Source: Chloroflexota bacterium (lineage in GTDB: Bacteria; Desulfobacterota; Binatia; UBA9968). From it: DNA of 64,000 nt. Shown in pieces: positions 28,615 to 37,592 of the stretch. The notes beneath the pieces were generated by a model. It was not told the origin of the DNA. It searched no databases and saw only the letters and a program-made list of their open reading frames with translations. The first letter of the stretch is position 1, and each line of letters starts with the position of its first letter. The stretch lies in NCBI GenBank assembly GCA_050257635.1, contig JBLMXG010000023.1, positions 4,350-68,349 of the forward strand. Direction: 5' to 3'. The position numbers and the translations under genes were made by a program.

Positions 28615-29595
28615 TTAACCTACGGCTTGACGGCGCCGAGGGTCTTTGGTCTCCTCACCGGCGCGAAATTCGTTGCGCTTCAGGACATTGTAACTGTCGA
28701 GCAGCCGCTTTTGCTCGGCTTCCGAGATCCCCAGCTGCGGGCGGCGCACCTTGGCGCTTTTAATCAAGCCTTCGTGCTGCAGGACGATTTTAATGCGCGC
28801 CACTGCTTCGACGATAGGCTCGCTGAAAACCAATTCCTTGACTGATTCCAGCTCCTTCTGAATCGCCGCAGCTTCATCGAACCTGCCGGCGCGGCCGGCA
28901 CTGTCCATGGCGCCCCATCGTTCTGTTGCCACGTTGGCGACGCCGATGAGCGCGCCATTGGCGCCGATCCGGTAGCTCTCGGCGACGAAACGGTCGTTGC
29001 CGGTCAGCACGCTCATAGCGGCTTGCTCATGCTTGAGGGCGCTGAGCGTGTCTGTAAACAGATTGATGTCGAACGAGGCTTCTTTGAAAGCAACGACGTT
29101 GTCAAGGCGGGCGATACGGCAGATCGTTGCCGGGTCATAGTAATAGCTTTTTACCGGCACTTGAAAGAGCACAATCGGGAGTTTGGTCTCCCGCGCCAGA
29201 TCCTCGAAAAATCGCACCTTGAGATTGGGGTCGACTTTTCCCCAGGCAAACAACAAAGGTGGAAAGATCATCACGCCGTCGACCGGCAGATTTTCCAGAC
29301 CGCGCATCAGACTGACCGCTTCGTCGGTCGATTGTGGCGCGATCGTGGCGACATGCACCTTGCCGCCGTCGCGCGCTGCTTTGCCGGATACTTCGTAAAC
29401 CCGGCGCTTTTCATCGATACTTAGAACTGGACTTTCGCCGATGCGCGCGCAGGAGACCAAACCAGCCACGCCCGGCAGTGACGAAAAATACTTGGTCAGA
29501 TTCGTCAAGCTCGCCAGGTCAAGCGCGCCGGAATCGTCGAACGGCGTGACATGGGGAATGAAAAGACCGCTGAAACGTTCATGAATCATGGCCAT
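28615..29595 (-). CDS. DapA-family (dihydrodipicolinate synthase / pyruvate-dependent class I aldolase) protein
   Basis: TPFDDSGALD start and the Schiff-base lysine context VVAFKEASFD. 326 aa. Confidence 0.75.
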   Translation of the reverse strand: MAMIHERFSGLFIPHVTPFDDSGALDLASLTNLTKYFSSLPGVAGLVSCARIGESPVLSIDEKRRVYEVSGKAARDGGKVHVATIAPQSTDEAVSLMRGLENLPVDGVMIFPPLLFAWGKVDPNLKVRFFEDLARETKLPIVLFQVPVKSYYYDPATICRIARLDNVVAFKEASFDINLFTDTLSALKHEQAAMSVLTGNDRFVAESYRIGANGALIGVANVATERWGAMDSAGRAGRFDEAAAIQKELESVKELVFSEPIVEAVARIKIVLQHEGLIKSAKVRRPQLGISEAEQKRLLDSYNVLKRNEFRAGEETKDPRRRQAVG

Positions 29596-29846
29596 AATGT
29601 CCTCCGGGCGTCTAACCTGTCTGCAAAACTCAAATTATAAACGATCGCGATTGCAATTGCTGCTGACATAAGTAGAACAGATCGGGACGAGAGGTCAAGA
29701 CGAGCGCGGAGGCGCAACGTTGTGCGGGAATCAGTTCAACCCCGTCGTTATCCGTCCCGCACCCAACGATGAACGTAAGGGCGCCTCCTTGACCTAATCG
29801 GATCACTATCGCAGATTAAGTAGACCTGATCGGAGAGCGCAATTCT

Positions 29847-31409
29847 ATGGATGCGATTATTTCTTGTCATGATCTCGCCGCTTTGATGGCAACGGACCAA
29901 CTCTATGCAGTTTTCGACGTGCGCGAGCGCGGTGAATTCAATGAATGTCAAATTTTCCATGCGACTTCGCTGCCGCGCAGCCAGATCGAGTTTCGCATCG
30001 CCGAGCTGGTTCCCGACCGCAGTGTGCCTATCGTCGTCTACGGTGATGGCGATGTGCGCGCGCCCTTGGCTGCAGCCACGCTGCTGCGGCTCGGCTATGA
30101 GCAGGTTGCAATTCTTCAAGAGGGGTTGGGCGCTTGGAAAAAAGAAGGCCGCCCGACAGTCAGCGGTGTCAATGTTCCCAGCAAGGCCTTCGGTGAAAAA
30201 GTCCATCACGATCGCGGCGTGCCGGACTTGAGCCCGCAGGAACTTAAAGAATTAAAATCCCGCATCGCCGACCTCATGATCTTGGACGTGCGTACTCCGG
30301 AAGAATACGGAAGGTTCTGTATTCCGGGCGGCATCAATGTTCCCGGCGGTGATCTGATTCTGTGGGCCGAGGATTTGAAGCGAAAAGAAGCGCCGATTAT
30401 CGTTAACTGCGCCGGCCGCACCCGCAGTATCATCGGTACGGCGGCGCTCAGGCGGTTGGGGTTGAACAACGTCAGAGCGCTCCGAAACGGCACCATGGGA
30501 TGGGTGCTCGCAGGCTTGGAGTTGGAAAGCAAGCCGCGACGGGCCGCTCCGCGGGCGTCGCTAGGAGGCAGAGACAAAGCCGTGGCCTTGGCGCGCCGGA
30601 TCGCCGCAGAGGAAAACCTCTGCTCGATTTCGCTCGCCGAGTTAGCGCGCTGGAAGGATGCAAAAAATGCCATGCGCTATCTCATCGATGTGCGCTCCGA
30701 AAGCGAATTTGAGGCGGGCCACTTGCCCGGATCGTTGAGCGTGCCCGGCGGCCAGGCGGTGCAGCGCGCCGACGATTTCGTCGCGGTGCGCGACGCGCCG
30801 ATCGTTTTCATCAGCGATCAATCCGCCCGCGCGGTGATGGCGGCTTACTGGTATCGGCAGATGGGTTTCCCGAAAGTTTTTGTCCTGGAGGGCGGTTTGG
30901 AGGCGTGGTCAGCTCGGGGTGGCGCGATTGAGAACGGAGCGGTGGTCAGCGAACCCCTCGGCCTGGCCGCAAGCAAAGCGCAGTGCCGCGCCATTGAGGC
31001 GCAGGCGCTCGACCGTACGCTGCGCGAGTCTTCGCCGGCTATTGTTGACGTCGGCTCCAGCCTCGAGTTTGAATCGGCGCACTTGCCCGGCGCGCAATGG
31101 CTTTCACGCGGCTGGGTCGAACCGAAGATGCCGGAGCTGTTTAGCGATCACAGCCTGGCGATCGTTCTCACCTGTCCCGACGGCCGCCAGTCGACGCTGG
31201 CGGCCCGTACGCTGGGCGAGATGGGCTACCGCAATGTTGCCGTGCTGGCCGGTGGTGTGCGCGCGTGGTCGGCGGCGGGTTTGCGAGTGGAGCAGGGCTT
31301 GACTGACTGTCTAACACCGACCAATGACGTGGTTTTGTCACCTTCGATCCGTGGAACGAAGGAAGATATGCAGCGTTATTTGGACTGGGAAGTGAAATTG
31401 GAGCGTTAG
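29847..31409 (+). CDS. Four-domain rhodanese (sulfurtransferase) protein
   Basis: Four rhodanese repeats. Domains 2 and 4 carry the catalytic-loop Cys (IVNCAGRTRS, LTCPDGRQS); domains 1 and 3 have Asp at that position (YGDGDVRA, ISDQSARA). Confidence 0.8.
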   Translation: MDAIISCHDLAALMATDQLYAVFDVRERGEFNECQIFHATSLPRSQIEFRIAELVPDRSVPIVVYGDGDVRAPLAAATLLRLGYEQVAILQEGLGAWKKEGRPTVSGVNVPSKAFGEKVHHDRGVPDLSPQELKELKSRIADLMILDVRTPEEYGRFCIPGGINVPGGDLILWAEDLKRKEAPIIVNCAGRTRSIIGTAALRRLGLNNVRALRNGTMGWVLAGLELESKPRRAAPRASLGGRDKAVALARRIAAEENLCSISLAELARWKDAKNAMRYLIDVRSESEFEAGHLPGSLSVPGGQAVQRADDFVAVRDAPIVFISDQSARAVMAAYWYRQMGFPKVFVLEGGLEAWSARGGAIENGAVVSEPLGLAASKAQCRAIEAQALDRTLRESSPAIVDVGSSLEFESAHLPGAQWLSRGWVEPKMPELFSDHSLAIVLTCPDGRQSTLAARTLGEMGYRNVAVLAGGVRAWSAAGLRVEQGLTDCLTPTNDVVLSPSIRGTKEDMQRYLDWEVKLER

Positions 31410-31418
31410 GCGACGGAC

Positions 31419-31985
31419 TCAGCAGTTGTCGTATTTCGGGCTGGCGAAGGTTTTGACGGTTCCGGTCGCCATATCGAAACGCAGTCGTGGCATGTCCGTC
31501 AGATCCTTGCCGTAGACGTGAATCTCGACGGTGTCCCGATCGGTGACGTTGTTCATCTCGTGGATGTCGTCATTGGGCGCGACCAGGCAGGAGACCATGC
31601 CGGCTTTGTTATTGACGACCTTGGTTGCCTCGACCAAGGCGCGACCAGGCCGGCTTCCGTCATCCTTCCGTACAAAGCGCGTCTCCTGAATTTCGTTTTC
31701 GACCACGCCGACCATGCCCCAGGTGTCATGGTTGTGCGCCTTGGCGTTGTCGCCCGGTCCCCACACCACGGCGGAAATATTGAACCGCGGCGCGCGGTGC
31801 AGCATGTAGCGTCCGTAGGCAGTGGCGCCACGCTTGCGGTACCGCGGCTCGATGCAATTGGAGTGGCTGACCAGCTTGGCGAGCAGCGGCCGCGCCGCGG
31901 CGACGATCTTCTCTTGGGAGGTTTCGTCCCGAGTGATGCGATCGAGGTCGGCGATGAAATCGTTGAGCGAGTAGAGATAGGTCAT
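31419..31985 (-). CDS. Cysteine-dioxygenase-type cupin (CDO / 3-mercaptopropionate dioxygenase-like)
   Basis: VVWGPGDNAKAHNHDTWGMVGVV with an H-x-H pair and a third His in EIHVYG, the 3-His cupin pattern of bacterial CDO homologs. 188 aa. Confidence 0.55.
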   Translation of the reverse strand: MTYLYSLNDFIADLDRITRDETSQEKIVAAARPLLAKLVSHSNCIEPRYRKRGATAYGRYMLHRAPRFNISAVVWGPGDNAKAHNHDTWGMVGVVENEIQETRFVRKDDGSRPGRALVEATKVVNNKAGMVSCLVAPNDDIHEMNNVTDRDTVEIHVYGKDLTDMPRLRFDMATGTVKTFASPKYDNC

Positions 31986-31994
31986 TTCAGTCGA

Positions 31995-32441
31995 TCACTT
32001 TCCGCGCACGGTCATTACCGGGCAGGCCGCGGTGGAGACTACGCTGCCAGCGACGCTGCCCATGAACAATTTGGACAGACCGGTACGTCCGTGGGTGCCG
32101 ATGACAATGAGATCGGCTTTCTTGCTCTTAGCCGCCCTGACGATCTGCTCACGGGGGGAGCCCTTGAGCAAGAGACTGTGCGCCTTGACTTTGAGCTTTT
32201 TTAGCCGCTCCATCAGTTTCGACATCGAGGCCTGCGCCTCCCGTTTGGCGATGTCCTCCAATTTGGCGTAAATCTCGGCGCTGGCGAATTCTTCGCCGGC
32301 GACGTACGGCGTCGGCTCGATCACGTGCACCACCAAGAGCTCGGCGCGATTTTGCTTTGCGAGATCGACGGCTTGGTCCAAAGCCCGTGCCGATGCTTTC
32401 GAATAATCGGTGGCGTAAAGGATTTTCTTGATGCTTTTCAA
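31995..32441 (-). CDS. Universal stress protein (UspA family)
   Basis: ILYATDYS...LLVVHV and C-terminal LIVIGTHGRTGLSKLFMGSVAGSVV ATP-binding motif. Confidence 0.8.
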   Translation of the reverse strand: MKSIKKILYATDYSKASARALDQAVDLAKQNRAELLVVHVIEPTPYVAGEEFASAEIYAKLEDIAKREAQASMSKLMERLKKLKVKAHSLLLKGSPREQIVRAAKSKKADLIVIGTHGRTGLSKLFMGSVAGSVVSTAACPVMTVRGK

Positions 32442-32486
32442 AGTTGCGCTCCTATTTTGCTCCCGGACTGAGCAGCCATCGTTTGT

Positions 32487-33539
32487 TTAAGCCGCGCGTT
32501 TTTCGACGCGCGGCAGTTTGGCGGCATCGATGTTGTACAACCGGCAAACGTTGTCGCAAACCACCTTGCGCTGAGTTTCCGGTGGCAGATGGCCCAGGTC
32601 TCGCTCGATAATTTTCAGCGAATTGGGCCAGGTCGAATTCGGATGGGGAAAATCGTTCGACCACATGATATTGTCCGCGCCCCAGAAATTTAGATTTTCG
32701 CCGCACACATGATCGTTGAAAAAGCACGCATAGATCTGATCTTTGACAAAGCTGCTGGGGTTCTTCGTGAACGGCGGCGGGTTCTGTTTTTTGAATCGAT
32801 TGTAATAGTAATCCCACTGCTGAAACATCCACGGCATCCAGCCGCTCTCATTTTCAACCGAGACGATCTTGAGCTTGGGGTTTCGCTCCAAGACGCCGTA
32901 AAAAACCAGATCGAAGAGGGCGTTGGCGATGTCCATGAGCTTCAAATTCACACTGCCGCGATAACGCTCGATGCCTTTGCGATTCTTATCCTTGTTGTAG
33001 CTGTGACCGGTCAAAATATGCAGGCTTACCGGAGCATCGAGGTCCCGGCAAGCCGCCCAAAATTTATCGTAATGATTGGAATGAAAGGGAAGATCCGGAT
33101 GCGGCGCTTGCCAGATGATCGCGCCCTTCAGACCGGCTTTGCGGCAGCGCTCGAGCTCCTTGACGCCGTTGTCGACATTGTACATGGGGATGGCGGGAAT
33201 GCCGATCAGGCGGTTGGTATCGACGCTGCAGTAATCGATGAGCCAATCGTTGTAAACGCGGAAGCAGGCTTCCTGCAGGCCCGCGTCGTCCAGTGCGAAC
33301 AGGTCGAGCATCAATGTCGGATAGAGCACTTCGGCGCTCAAACCGTCCTTTTCCATCTCCTGAATTCTGGCGTGAGGGTCCCAGCCACCCGCATGCTGTT
33401 GAAAACCCTCGCCGACTTGATGGGGCGGGAACAGCGGCGCCGCTTCGCGGTAATTTTCCGGAACGCCTTTCTTCCAAAGGTCCACCGGTTCCATGACATG
33501 GGAATCCGACGAAATGATGAGATCGCTCGCTACGGGCAT
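32487..33539 (-). CDS. Amidohydrolase_2 family protein (ACMSD/LigW-type metal-dependent hydrolase or decarboxylase)
   Basis: N-terminal IISSDSHVMEP (HxH metal ligands). ATG at 33539 is preceded by AGGAGG at 8 nt. Confidence 0.75.
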   Translation of the reverse strand: MPVASDLIISSDSHVMEPVDLWKKGVPENYREAAPLFPPHQVGEGFQQHAGGWDPHARIQEMEKDGLSAEVLYPTLMLDLFALDDAGLQEACFRVYNDWLIDYCSVDTNRLIGIPAIPMYNVDNGVKELERCRKAGLKGAIIWQAPHPDLPFHSNHYDKFWAACRDLDAPVSLHILTGHSYNKDKNRKGIERYRGSVNLKLMDIANALFDLVFYGVLERNPKLKIVSVENESGWMPWMFQQWDYYYNRFKKQNPPPFTKNPSSFVKDQIYACFFNDHVCGENLNFWGADNIMWSNDFPHPNSTWPNSLKIIERDLGHLPPETQRKVVCDNVCRLYNIDAAKLPRVEKRAA

Positions 33540-33695
33540 CGGTCGATCCTCCTTAGATAGGTTGGTCAATGGCAACTTCAAGCGCACCTTAATCGATAGT
33601 CGGCGCGACTGTCAATTGGCGAAAGGCGGGAGGCGAGAGGTATGAGTCGAAAAGACAAGGTTTCTCGCTTCGCTCGAAATGACAAGCACGAACTG

Positions 33696-34382
33696 CTATT
33701 TCGAACGGAGTGAGAGATCTTTCTCCATTTCAGACTTTCTCCACACCGACGCGAGCCAGGGTTGCTGCTCCGGCGGCAATCCGGGTGGGCGATAGTAGTG
33801 GGTGATTTCGATGAACCCCGCTTCGGTAACGAACTTGCGCCAAGCTTCCAGATTATAATAGCAGCCGTAACGCTGGCCGCTCCACCCCTCTTCGTTTTCG
33901 CCGCGCGGATTGGAGCTGAACAGGACGCCTCCTGTTTTCAAAGTAGCCCGAAGCTCTCTGAGGACGCGCGGCAATTCCTGGCTCGGTACATGAAACAGCG
34001 AGGCGTTGGCGAATATGCCGTCGAAAAATGCTGTCGGCAGGTTGAGTTTTAGGAAATCCTGCAGCCAGACCTCACAGCTGCTGTAACATCGCGCTAGCTC
34101 GACAAAGCGTGCGGCGCCTTCGAGTCCGATCGCTTCATGGCCCAGGTCGCGGAAAATTTTCAAGTCGCGGCCGGGACCGCAGCCGAAATCGAGGATGCGA
34201 TACGGCCCGGGGCCACTGAGGTGCTGCAGCAACGCCTCGCGATTTTGACTGACATCGTGGTCGCGGGTGCCCGCCCAAAAGCTTTCGGCATGGTCGTTAT
34301 AGTGGGCCAGGGTGATCGCCGAGGTTTTGGCGAGCTCGTCGACGGAAAGGTTCTCGCTCACGTGGTTGCGCTCCGCAATCAT
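33696..34382 (-). CDS. Class I SAM-dependent methyltransferase
   Basis: Motif I ILDFGCGPGRD, post-I acidic residue, 228 aa. Confidence 0.75.
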   Translation of the reverse strand: MIAERNHVSENLSVDELAKTSAITLAHYNDHAESFWAGTRDHDVSQNREALLQHLSGPGPYRILDFGCGPGRDLKIFRDLGHEAIGLEGAARFVELARCYSSCEVWLQDFLKLNLPTAFFDGIFANASLFHVPSQELPRVLRELRATLKTGGVLFSSNPRGENEEGWSGQRYGCYYNLEAWRKFVTEAGFIEITHYYRPPGLPPEQQPWLASVWRKSEMEKDLSLRSK

Positions 34383-34463
34383 GATGGCAACTCAGGCACA
34401 AAGATTCAATTGACTCGGACGAGGGCAGTGCCTAGCAAAAGGGGAAGGGCAGGAAAAGCCGAT

Positions 34464-35453
34464 TCAGCGGTCCTTTTTTGCGACTTCGGGATTTAGCAAG
34501 GTTAAGGGCTTGCCATCGATGAAGGCCAACATGTTGTCCATCGCCTGCTGGTAGCGCTCGCTCAAAATTTCCACGGTGGCATAGCCGCGATGCGACATCA
34601 GGATGGCGTTGTCGAAGCCGCGGAGCGGATGGTCCATCGGCAAGGGTTCGACGTCATAAACGTCGAGCCCGACGCCCCCCAGCCGGCCGCTGGCGAGCGC
34701 TTCGATCATCGCGGTTTCGGCAACGATCGGCCCGCGCGCCGTGTTCACCAGCAGCGCGCCTCGTTTCATCATGGCAAACTCTTTAGCGCCAATGGCGCCG
34801 CGGGTTTGCACGTTGGAATTGATGTGAATCGTCAAGATGTCGGATTCCTTCAGCAGCGTATCGAGCGGAACGCACTCGGCGCCGACCTCGGTCGCGCGTT
34901 CGAGCGTGAGGGTGCGGGAATACGCAAGCACGCGGGTGTCGTTGAAGGCTTTGATGATTCGTGCCACTTCTTTGCCGATCCTGCCGAAACCGAAAACACC
35001 GACGGTTTTGCCGGCCAGCGTGTTGCCGGCGATAGCCGGCCAGGCTTCCTCGCGCATGCGCGAATTTACCTGAGGGATCTTGCGCAGCAGGGCGAGAATC
35101 AACGCCACGGTCAGTTCCATCGTCGACATGCCGTTGTCCGGCGCGGTGCCTGCGATGGCAATGCCGTGGCGGGTCGCCGCCGGCAAATCGAGATGCACCG
35201 TGGTGCGGCCGGTTTGCGCGATGAATTTGAGCTTCGGCAGCTGCGCGTATTCCTTGTCGCTAAAAAAAGTGCGCTCGCGCATGAGCAGGATGGCGTCGAA
35301 GTCGCGCAGGCCGGCGACGATACGCTCGGGGCTGTCCAGCCGCTGGCGCAAAACTGTGATATCGGCGCGCCCTTTAAGCTCGGCGAAGGCGGGCACGGTG
35401 GCGGCAATTTGCTCGAAATCGTCGAGAATCGCGACTTTAAAATTGCTTGCCAT
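34464..35453 (-). CDS. D-isomer-specific 2-hydroxyacid dehydrogenase (NAD-binding)
   Basis: GKTVGVFGFGRIGKEVAR Rossmann motif and the catalytic His/Glu/Arg context (MSHRGYAT). Confidence 0.85.
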   Translation of the reverse strand: MASNFKVAILDDFEQIAATVPAFAELKGRADITVLRQRLDSPERIVAGLRDFDAILLMRERTFFSDKEYAQLPKLKFIAQTGRTTVHLDLPAATRHGIAIAGTAPDNGMSTMELTVALILALLRKIPQVNSRMREEAWPAIAGNTLAGKTVGVFGFGRIGKEVARIIKAFNDTRVLAYSRTLTLERATEVGAECVPLDTLLKESDILTIHINSNVQTRGAIGAKEFAMMKRGALLVNTARGPIVAETAMIEALASGRLGGVGLDVYDVEPLPMDHPLRGFDNAILMSHRGYATVEILSERYQQAMDNMLAFIDGKPLTLLNPEVAKKDR

Positions 35454-35600
35454 GGCGGCCGTTCCAATCCGTGAACCTTGTGGAGTCGCCTAGTTGTCCC
35501 CTTGCCCGAACGAACAAATTCCGCCGTTTCCCGCTTTGGCAAAGGGGATATTTTGGAGAGGCAGGGGAAATTTCAAAGTAGTATCGTTGGCCATATTTAC

Positions 35601-36281
35601 TCAAGTCATCGCCGTGACTTCGACCTCGCAGAATTTCCCTTCCGACGAGTAGCCGTCGACGAAGCAATATTCTAATTGCGGAATTCTTATCGTCACGTGG
35701 CGCGCAAAAAGCGTTTTCAGATTGTCGATACTTTGGCTGCGATGGAGATAAAACGAAACGCGAGCGGCTTTATCCCAGGAGCTGCCGGCGTCATTAAGAG
35801 AGCCAGCGATGCGTGGGAAGATGTTGTCGAACTGCTCCGCCAGCGTCGGCAGCACCGTGGTGACGCCGGAAAGAACGACGACGGAGTCATAAACCAGAAA
35901 ACGGATCGGCGCGATCGGAGGCTCGTATTCGACAACGCGCTTTGCCGCGCTGGCGACCGACGGGCGCATAGCGAGCAAGTCGAGCGCAATTCTTGCGGAC
36001 GAATCGAAATTCCCCGGCGCAATGTAACTCGAGCTCGCCGAGCGCGCTTTGCCCGATAAAATCTTCACACGCTCAACGCTGCCGAGGTCGCGGCTTTGAC
36101 GATCGCGTCCCCAGAGCCGGCTGCGCACAGTATTGTCGAGAGAAAGGCCGTGCGCCTTTAACTCGTTGTCGAAGCGCTGAAAAAGCTCGTCGGTTTCGAT
36201 CGCCGCATTCGCGGCGACCTTCGCTTCTCCGGACAGCTCGATAAATTCTTTGCCGAGCCAGGTGAAAATTTTTTTGCGCAT
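35601..36281 (-). CDS. Hypothetical protein with two RidA/YjgF-like halves
   Basis: Both halves resemble the Rid-family fold: a short N-terminal segment, then LDNTVRSRLWGRD... and VSFYLHRSQSID...CEVEVTA. The call rests on weak pattern matching. Confidence 0.4.
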   Translation of the reverse strand: MRKKIFTWLGKEFIELSGEAKVAANAAIETDELFQRFDNELKAHGLSLDNTVRSRLWGRDRQSRDLGSVERVKILSGKARSASSSYIAPGNFDSSARIALDLLAMRPSVASAAKRVVEYEPPIAPIRFLVYDSVVVLSGVTTVLPTLAEQFDNIFPRIAGSLNDAGSSWDKAARVSFYLHRSQSIDNLKTLFARHVTIRIPQLEYCFVDGYSSEGKFCEVEVTAMT

Positions 36282-36432
36282 ATTGCCGATTCGTGGAGTC
36301 GCGGGGATCCTACCTCAGCCGCAGCCTTCGATCAACTTGATCCAGCGATTCGCGGATGTTGCCGGCCGATCCTAATGCACCCAGTCCCACTGTTTTGCCT
36401 GAATCCAACAAACAGGCGAGCGGAATAGATGG

Positions 36433-37548
36433 CTACTGTTTGGTGGTCAGGCGAATCACCCGGTCGTCATCCGCTGCCGGATTGCCCCGGCCATCGCGAT
36501 TGCTGGTAAGCAGGTAAAGCGCTTTGTCTGGGCCCTCGACGATATCGCGGAGCCGGCCGAAGCGCCTGGGAAAATGGCGCTCGAACAGCTGCACCTTGCA
36601 TGGATCGTTGGAATCAAAAACCACTCGATAGAGAGTTTGTCCGCGCAATCCGGTAAACAAGAGGGAGCCCGCCCATGATCCCTGCGAAACAAAAGCAGCG
36701 CCGGAAGGCGCCCAGGTTTCGCTGCTTCCGGCGTGAAGGACCGGCGACACCATGCCCTTTTTGGCCTCATCGCCGCGGATCTCCGGCCAGCCGTAGTTTT
36801 TGCCCGGCTCGATCAGGTTGACTTCGTCGCGGCAACAGCCCTGAAAACCGCTGGGACCATGCTCGGTGGCGTAGAGCCGACCGCTTCCCGCTTGCCATGC
36901 GAGGCCTTGCGGATTGCGGTGGCCGTAGGAGTATATGTAGGATTTAGGAAATGGATTATCCGTGGGTACGGTGCCGTCTGGGTTAAGACGAAGAATCTTG
37001 CCGTTGAGCGACTTGAGACTTTGGGCGTAGCGTGTGGTCTGGGCGTCGCCAGTTGTCCAGTAGAGCTTGCCGTCGGGGCCAAACTTCACTCTGCCGCCGT
37101 CGTGGTTGTTGGCGCCGGAAACTTCGTCGATCAACGTCTTGTCGAAAACCCCCTTGGCGGTTTTCGGATCTTCGCGCAAACGCACGAGCCGGTTGCGCAG
37201 CGCAAAGGCGCCGCTCCGATAGCTATAGGCTACATAGACGTAGCGGTTTTTTGCAAACTGCGGATCGAGGGCGAGACCGAGAAGTCCGGCTTCACCCGTG
37301 GCGGTGACCTCGAGCGTCATCCAGGGCTCGACCAGAAGCCGCCCTTTTTCGACGACGCGAATGCGCCCCGGCCGTTCGCTGATGAACGTTCGGCCATCCG
37401 GCGCGAAGTCGACGGCCCAGGGAGTGTCGAGTCGGCGGGCCATCGTCTCTATATTTAAGTCGATCGCAGCTGCGCCGAGCCGTTCGCGACTCGCGCCGCA
37501 GGCCAGGATTGTAAGCAGAATTAAAAATAATCGGGCGCGAAGCGCCAT
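36433..37548 (-). CDS. PQQ-dependent soluble sugar (glucose/sorbosone) dehydrogenase, beta-propeller
   Basis: GSDH-type motifs GLLGLALDPQF, NHDGGRV, EHGPSG. Signal peptide follows the proposed ATG at 37548 (MALRARLFLILLTILACGAS). Confidence 0.75.
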   Translation of the reverse strand: MALRARLFLILLTILACGASRERLGAAAIDLNIETMARRLDTPWAVDFAPDGRTFISERPGRIRVVEKGRLLVEPWMTLEVTATGEAGLLGLALDPQFAKNRYVYVAYSYRSGAFALRNRLVRLREDPKTAKGVFDKTLIDEVSGANNHDGGRVKFGPDGKLYWTTGDAQTTRYAQSLKSLNGKILRLNPDGTVPTDNPFPKSYIYSYGHRNPQGLAWQAGSGRLYATEHGPSGFQGCCRDEVNLIEPGKNYGWPEIRGDEAKKGMVSPVLHAGSSETWAPSGAAFVSQGSWAGSLLFTGLRGQTLYRVVFDSNDPCKVQLFERHFPRRFGRLRDIVEGPDKALYLLTSNRDGRGNPAADDDRVIRLTTKQ

Positions 37549-37592
37549 GAGACGACTCGTTCCGGCGATTGCTTGCGCCGGGGCCCGGCGAC

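Noticed and set aside
28615-29595. Possibility that this DapA-family gene and the DapL-like gene at the window start form a lysine-biosynthesis pair.
   Set aside because: They are 28 kb apart, and the DapA-family member sits among catabolic-type genes. It is more likely a pyruvate-dependent aldolase than the biosynthetic DapA.
36733-37458. Plus-strand 241-aa ORF.
   Set aside because: Antisense shadow inside the PQQ sugar dehydrogenase gene.
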